Sequence record: OQ267593.1
Length of the DNA: 60,324 nt
Direction: 5' to 3' (one strand)
Source of the DNA: Klebsiella phage phi_KPN_H2
A program made the translations under genes and the position numbers. Below the pieces are notes generated by a model, which saw only the letters and a program-made list of their open reading frames with translations, was not told where the DNA came from and did not search any database. This document shows, piece by piece, positions 55,870 to 60,324 of this stretch. The first letter of the stretch is position 1. Each line of letters starts with the position of its first letter.

Positions 55870-56261
55870 TCGTAGTCGTCACAGGAGGTCGTGAATATAA
55901 CGATCAGGCTGCTATATTCAGTGCGTTATCAATACTACATGCGCAACACCCGATTACTGAACTGATCGAAGGTGAAGCGGCTGGTGTTGATTCAATCTGC
56001 CGTGAATGGGCGGAACGGCACGCGATCCCTGTTCGTCGTTGTCCGGCTGACTGGGGTAATCTTGACGTGCCGGGCGCGGTTATTAAACAGGGTAAGCACG
56101 GGGCATATAACGCCGTAGCTGGTCATCAGCGTAACCAATCCATGTTAGATAATGAACCACGTCCGACATATGGTGTTGTGTTCCCCGGTGGGCGTGGAAC
56201 GGCTGATATGCATCGTCGCATGTTGAAAGCTGGTTTAACTGTATGGGTGCCTTATGGTTGA
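55866..56261 (+). CDS. DUF2493 / SLOG-superfamily (LOG/DprA-like Rossmann) protein
   Basis: N-terminal VVVTGGREY... motif and a distal AGHQRNQ.ML motif. 131 aa. Confidence 0.5.
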   Translation: MIVVVTGGREYNDQAAIFSALSILHAQHPITELIEGEAAGVDSICREWAERHAIPVRRCPADWGNLDVPGAVIKQGKHGAYNAVAGHQRNQSMLDNEPRPTYGVVFPGGRGTADMHRRMLKAGLTVWVPYG

Positions 56262-56691
56262 TAGTTTTAGTGGTGAGTATCGCTGGTTAAGTAATTTCCA
56301 TCCGGTCACCGTAATTTATGACGGGTATGTTTTTAAAACTGTTGAACATGCTTACCAGGCACTTAAATGTAAATTTTATCAGGAGTTCCTGGAGGTTAAA
56401 AACTGTGAAACGCCGGGTCAGGCTAAACGTAGCGCTCGTCAAAAAGTAATGCGTGATGACTGGGATAAAGTTAAAATCCCGGTGATGTTTTATTTACTGC
56501 AGCAAAAATTTTCAGATCCTCATTTATGGTCTTTGCTCATTGCTACTGGTGATCAACCGATCGTTGAAGGTAACCAGTGGGGCGATACTTTCTGGGGTGT
56601 TTGTCGTGGTAAAGGTGAAAACCATTTAGGCAAAATGATTATGGCTATCCGAGCCGGGCAACAACACTACATTATTCAAAATAATTCTTGA
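56254..56691 (+). CDS. NADAR (YbiA-like) domain protein
   Basis: ...LSNFHP..., TVEHAYQALK, ...WD..., NHLGKMIMAIR align with E. coli YbiA motifs (SNF..P, TSEHYFQAQK, NRLGYLLMELR). Confidence 0.8.
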   Translation: MVDSFSGEYRWLSNFHPVTVIYDGYVFKTVEHAYQALKCKFYQEFLEVKNCETPGQAKRSARQKVMRDDWDKVKIPVMFYLLQQKFSDPHLWSLLIATGDQPIVEGNQWGDTFWGVCRGKGENHLGKMIMAIRAGQQHYIIQNNS

Positions 56692-56716
56692 CACATTGCA
56701 AACCCTCCACCATAAT
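56677..56716 (+). promoter_or_regulatory. conserved promoter element copy 10 (plus orientation): AAAATAATTCTTGACA, 17-nt spacer, CATAAT
   Basis: -35 TTGACA at 56688-56693 and -10 CATAAT at 56711-56716. A small 5' hairpin (CAGCCTCAG...CGAGGCTG) follows. Confidence 0.65.
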
Positions 56717-56750
56717 CAGCCTCAGTTAACCAACACGAGGCTGATAACCA

Positions 56751-57509
56751 ATGTCCAACATCCATTCACTACGCAAACTGTCAGAAGCCGACAAAGAAAA
56801 CGTAAAACGCGCCAACTCATTCATTATCGACCCGCGCATTATCCAGATTGAACCGGGTTTTAACCCGCGTGGCATGTTCACTGATAACTACTGGGAACAA
56901 CCGGATACCCTGGCGCACATCGAACAGTTCGTTAAAGCGTATCGCAACGGCGACTTCGTACCACCTATCGCGGTGAAAGTTATCGATGGTGTGCCGTTCG
57001 TGCGCGACGGTGAGCACCGCTTACGGGCGCTGCGTAAACTGATTGCTGAGGGTGTACCGTTCCAGCGTGTTGAAGTCGTTGAAGCGTCTGGTGACGAACT
57101 GGCGCAGGCTAAAACCAACTTTAACGCTAACAACGGTCGCCAGTGGTCAGCCGTCGAACGCGCTGTTCATTACGGACGGTTTAAATCCTACGGTATGACC
57201 GTTGAAGAGATCGCCCACGAGGTCGGTAAAACCGTACAGCATGTTTACCAGATGCTGACCATCCTTGAAATGCCGCTGGAAATGAAGCGCCGGATTCAGG
57301 AAGGGGCGATTAGCGCATCAGCCGCGATCAACCTGTTTAAAAACCCGGAACGCGCCACCGTTAAACGCCCTCCTGCAAAACTGATCCGTTCGGCTGTTGA
57401 AGCCATCCGTGGTGAATGGTCGGTCACACGGCAGGAAGGCGGTAAAGTTCTGGTTGAACTGACCGCTGAACAGTTCGAAGCACTGAAGGCACTGAAAGAC
57501 CATGAATAA
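56751..57509 (+). CDS. ParB-like nuclease domain protein
   Basis: ParB-box-like DGEHRLRA after IQIEPGFNPR. Preceded by the consensus promoter TTGACA-17-CATAAT. Confidence 0.65.
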   Translation: MSNIHSLRKLSEADKENVKRANSFIIDPRIIQIEPGFNPRGMFTDNYWEQPDTLAHIEQFVKAYRNGDFVPPIAVKVIDGVPFVRDGEHRLRALRKLIAEGVPFQRVEVVEASGDELAQAKTNFNANNGRQWSAVERAVHYGRFKSYGMTVEEIAHEVGKTVQHVYQMLTILEMPLEMKRRIQEGAISASAAINLFKNPERATVKRPPAKLIRSAVEAIRGEWSVTRQEGGKVLVELTAEQFEALKALKDHE

Positions 57510-57527
57510 AGTTGAGGAAAAATCAGA

Positions 57528-57821
57528 ATGACTATTGAAGACCAAATCGGAAAAGAATTAGCAGCAGAGGATGGCGGTGGTTTCGGCTTTGTCTGCATCT
57601 GGCGAGAAAAAGGAGATCCACTTGACGATGGGTCTGACCACGCTCGGCATTGCTCTGTAGGTGAATTTCTTTCCAGACCTGAAAACCAGAAAGGGAAGTG
57701 GCTCATCGATGGTGGCTGGGGTGGTCCTCCTGGGCCGATTCACGTTCAGTGGAACGAAGAAACCAACGAGTGGGAAAATGGTGGTTTTGGCGGGCATAGG
57801 TTTTCAAACGAGAGTAAATAA
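57528..57821 (+). CDS. glycine-rich hypothetical protein
   Basis: 97-aa ORF with a GAGGAAAA SD. Confidence 0.45.
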   Translation: MTIEDQIGKELAAEDGGGFGFVCIWREKGDPLDDGSDHARHCSVGEFLSRPENQKGKWLIDGGWGGPPGPIHVQWNEETNEWENGGFGGHRFSNESK

Positions 57822-57822
57822 C

Positions 57823-58182
57823 ATGACCAGAGAAGAACTGTTGAACATCATTGAAACCGATCAAGTTCAGTGTGGCGAGGCTGCTACACTGGCACGAATG
57901 GCGCTGGCGTTTTATGAGTGGCATGAAAAAACAGCGTGGGTGCAAACTGATAAGCGTTTTGGTGTTCTGAAGCCGTGGGGCAAGCATCGCGCGGATGTTC
58001 TGAAAGAATATATTGAACATCTGGAAAATCGTGTTGTGGAACTGCCGAAGTTAAAAATGCTCGAAGACTACCTCGCAGAAGTGGCTGTTGAAGAGAGAAA
58101 ACAGATTCTGGTCGGCGTGAAACTTGAATTTCATCGTGCGCTGGTTAATGTTGGCATTAAGATAGGGGTTGATCATGGGTAA
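57823..58182 (+). CDS. hypothetical protein
   Basis: Track ORF 57661..58182. Start moved to the Met just after the stop of the preceding gene. Confidence 0.4.
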   Translation: MTREELLNIIETDQVQCGEAATLARMALAFYEWHEKTAWVQTDKRFGVLKPWGKHRADVLKEYIEHLENRVVELPKLKMLEDYLAEVAVEERKQILVGVKLEFHRALVNVGIKIGVDHG

Positions 58183-58576
58183 ATTCAGAAAGGAAAAATT
58201 AAATCCGGTTGATGTTCTTCGCGATCAATTTGGCATCATGTGCGAGCACATCACGTATGACCCTGGCCTTAAAAAATCAGGATGTCATTTTCAGGTTATT
58301 CGTCAATGCTCGCATGATGGAACAATGCTGTTCACTACCGAACTATTGGCAGACACCTTGCTCGGCATTGCAAATATGCAGGCTTATCCGAAAAATCTTG
58401 CGCCTGAATTCGACAAACTTGTGGCGATAAAATATACCGTCGGCCCAATCTGGTTAAGCACCGTTTATGGGGTAGTGGACCTGCCACCTGGGTCATACCC
58501 AGGGGAGCGCCAGCGCACGCGTATGTGTGTTGTTTGCGAATACGTTTACGCGGATAAGACGCTGCAGGAGGACTAA
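58169..58576 (+). CDS. hypothetical protein
   Basis: 135-aa ORF. Confidence 0.45.
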   Translation: MIMGKFRKEKLNPVDVLRDQFGIMCEHITYDPGLKKSGCHFQVIRQCSHDGTMLFTTELLADTLLGIANMQAYPKNLAPEFDKLVAIKYTVGPIWLSTVYGVVDLPPGSYPGERQRTRMCVVCEYVYADKTLQED

Positions 58577-58578
58577 CC

Positions 58579-58737
58579 ATGTTAGAAAACAACCCTAACT
58601 ATTGCACGATGCAATGTAAGTCTAAATTCATACGGCTTACAGCAGACGAAGAAAAAGCCTGCAAAGGTCGTAATAGTTTCCCCAGCGTTAACGAAAATAA
58701 GTGGGTTAATAAGTTTATTAAGGACGGTAAGAAATGA
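58579..58737 (+). CDS. small hypothetical protein (52 aa)
   Basis: Fills the gap between neighbours and has an ATGA overlap with the next gene. Confidence 0.3.
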   Translation: MLENNPNYCTMQCKSKFIRLTADEEKACKGRNSFPSVNENKWVNKFIKDGKK

Positions 58738-58952
58738 AATATGAAAAACTCGACCAGATGATTTTAAATCGACTGTGTTCAGAACCGAAACCTTTCTGTG
58801 ACATTTTCACCGGGGATATTCTTGAAAAGTGCGAAGAATTATCCATTCATAAACATGAAGGTTTTCGCGTACTTGACCGCCGTTTACAGGCACTGCGTAA
58901 AAAAGGTTTAATTGTAAATATCAGTTCGTCTAAAGGGTGGATGAAACTATGA
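58734..58952 (+). CDS. hypothetical protein
   Basis: 72-aa ORF. Confidence 0.4.
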   Translation: MKYEKLDQMILNRLCSEPKPFCDIFTGDILEKCEELSIHKHEGFRVLDRRLQALRKKGLIVNISSSKGWMKL

Positions 58953-59242
58953 AATGGATCTCGTGGTTTCAACCAACAGAAGATTATCGCCCGGTCAGTT
59001 ACCCACCGACTGAGAAAGTTTTAGCGTGGTGGTGTACTGGTCATAGTGAAAACGGTGCCACACTTGTTGCTTTGGTTGATGTAGATGATCAGGAACAGGC
59101 GGAACACCACGTTAAACTGAACTGGCCTGAAGCGGAAAACTGGCGTTTCTGTGAAGATAAGAATGATAAAACTTTTGGCGATCGCTTTCCTCTCGAAGAC
59201 TGGATGATTGAACGTGGTTGTAGTTATAGGGAGGTATGCTGA
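58949..59242 (+). CDS. hypothetical protein
   Basis: The track ORF starts at 58937. The ATG at 58949 forms an ATGA overlap. Confidence 0.4.
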   Translation: MKWISWFQPTEDYRPVSYPPTEKVLAWWCTGHSENGATLVALVDVDDQEQAEHHVKLNWPEAENWRFCEDKNDKTFGDRFPLEDWMIERGCSYREVC

Positions 59243-59454
59243 TGAAACTGACATACGATCAACGACAAGCCTTAATCGGTAAATCGTTTGTATCAAAGAT
59301 GAATCACCCCGTTGAATCGAGCGTTACCGTACATGATGTTGAACGTTGCGGCGGTGGGTATACTGTTAAATTCACCAGACACGATCAGTGGGGAGGACTT
59401 ATTTATTGTGGTTTACAACGGTTCCTGAAACGTTTCCCACATGAGGTACGCTGA
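59236..59454 (+). CDS. hypothetical protein
   Basis: 72-aa ORF. Confidence 0.4.
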   Translation: MLMKLTYDQRQALIGKSFVSKMNHPVESSVTVHDVERCGGGYTVKFTRHDQWGGLIYCGLQRFLKRFPHEVR

Positions 59455-59687
59455 TGAAACGCTATGAGTTTTGGTTCTGTCATAACATGATGTATAACGC
59501 ACAAACCATTAAGCGGATACGGTGGTATAACCGCTGGTTTATTTCGATGGGGTGTATAGTGATCGATAAAGTAAAAGGCAATGCAATTTTTAGTGGATGG
59601 GATACGCCGGAAATTGCATTTAAAGAGGCGAAAAAAGAATTTGAACGCCGTGGTTTATACGAACATGTCATGGGTAAACGTATATGA
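59454..59687 (+). CDS. hypothetical protein
   Basis: 77-aa ORF. Confidence 0.4.
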   Translation: MKRYEFWFCHNMMYNAQTIKRIRWYNRWFISMGCIVIDKVKGNAIFSGWDTPEIAFKEAKKEFERRGLYEHVMGKRI

Positions 59688-59914
59688 AAATTAAAAACAT
59701 GGCTGCGTCTGGCCTGTCAGGTCGTATCTTTTACGGTACGATGGAAACCAGTAATGGTGGTCAGTCCGGGCGCTGGTTAGCCGGGAAACAGGACGTTACT
59801 GATATGGCGATCAAAGCCGTTGCTGAACACTGCTATCAGACGGGTAATAGTTACAGTTGCCAACTCGTTACCGGGGAGACTCTTACGTTATCAGTTGAGG
59901 TGAGCAGACCATGA
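59684..59914 (+). CDS. hypothetical protein
   Basis: 76-aa ORF. Confidence 0.4.
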   Translation: MKIKNMAASGLSGRIFYGTMETSNGGQSGRWLAGKQDVTDMAIKAVAEHCYQTGNSYSCQLVTGETLTLSVEVSRP

Positions 59915-60052
59915 AAATTAAACTGCCCGGTTGGTGGGTTTCTGTAAGCTGGCAACCTACTAAAAACTGGGGTTACTTTTACTTCTGGCATGACCAACCG
60001 CTTCGCGCATTCTGGATCGGTCATATCGTAATCGAATGGTGGTGGCGATGAG
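59911..60052 (+). CDS. small Trp-rich hypothetical protein (47 aa)
   Basis: ATGA-coupled on both sides. Too short for the ORF track. Confidence 0.3.
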
Positions 60053-60324
60053 TCTATTTCAATGTGAAAATTGTGGGTGTGTTGAAAACACAGCGCTTTC
60101 AGCCCAGGGTTTTACAAACTCGTTTCAGGCGTTGTTTGACTGGTCGTATGCCCAAAACCGTGCGGGTAAACGGTTGTGTTCCGCGTGTGGGCCTGTTAAA
60201 TATCGTGATGGTAATCCGACACCATATGGTAAATGGCATAACGTATTTGCTCGCCAGTATTTACAGTTAGGTAAGTTTAAAACAAACAGTCAGGGTAATC
60301 TGCAACATATTGAAACAGGTGATA
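60048..60324 (+). CDS. 5' portion of the zinc-ribbon gene that continues at 3..170 (wraps across the window ends)
   Basis: ATG at 60048. The frame stays open to the window end and continues in phase at the window start. Confidence 0.5.
   Translation, partial: MSLFQCENCGCVENTALSAQGFTNSFQALFDWSYAQNRAGKRLCSACGPVKYRDGNPTPYGKWHNVFARQYLQLGKFKTNSQGNLQHIETGD
60205..60324. repeat. exact 120-bp terminal redundancy (identical to 1..120)
   Basis: Base-by-base comparison. Confidence 0.95.

Overview
The window appears to be one complete tailed-phage genome of about 60.2 kb with siphovirus-like structural genes, probably enterobacterial; I do not name a phage. Positions 1-120 are identical to 60205-60324, so the unit genome is 60,204 bp and one gene runs across the window ends. 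Layout: (i) leftward (minus-strand) small early genes at 501-7522, including an RdgC homologue; (ii) a rightward morphogenesis module at 7821-33412 (TerL, portal, Mu-F-like protein, scaffold, major capsid, tRNA-Ser, neck, major tail protein, frameshifted G/GT chaperone, tape measure, tip proteins), interrupted by three leftward accessory cassettes at 9769-10708, 12300-14149 (dUTPase) and 16758-18039; (iii) a leftward 1228-aa tail fiber with a C-terminal S74-type chaperone domain; (iv) a rightward lysis cassette (holin candidates, GH108 endolysin, partly embedded spanins); (v) a leftward replication/nucleotide module at 38706-46382 (beta-class DNA methyltransferase, NDT/DNPH1-like protein, family-B-like DNA polymerase, gp2.5-like protein, Cas4-like Fe-S nuclease); (vi) a rightward module at 46497-52431 (SF2 helicase, DnaQ-like exonuclease, VRR-NUC, HNH-AP2 endonuclease, primase-helicase); and (vii) a rightward array of about 30 small genes at 52500 through the window end to 484, containing a mini C5-methyltransferase-like protein, a DUF2493/SLOG protein, a NADAR protein, a ParB-like nuclease and a distant TerS at 1881-2516. 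The main sequence-level findings are a roughly 24-40 bp sigma70-type promoter element repeated at least 10 times (AAAATAATTCTTGAC[G/A]GATTAC), two AT-rich regions sharing CTGGTAAGCYGTAAC and CATAGAT repeats ahead of terS and the head genes, a NADAR/SLOG candidate counter-defence operon, and a TRD-less C5-MTase-like gene flanked by two proteins that share a domain. All domain calls are from reading the sequence without database searches.
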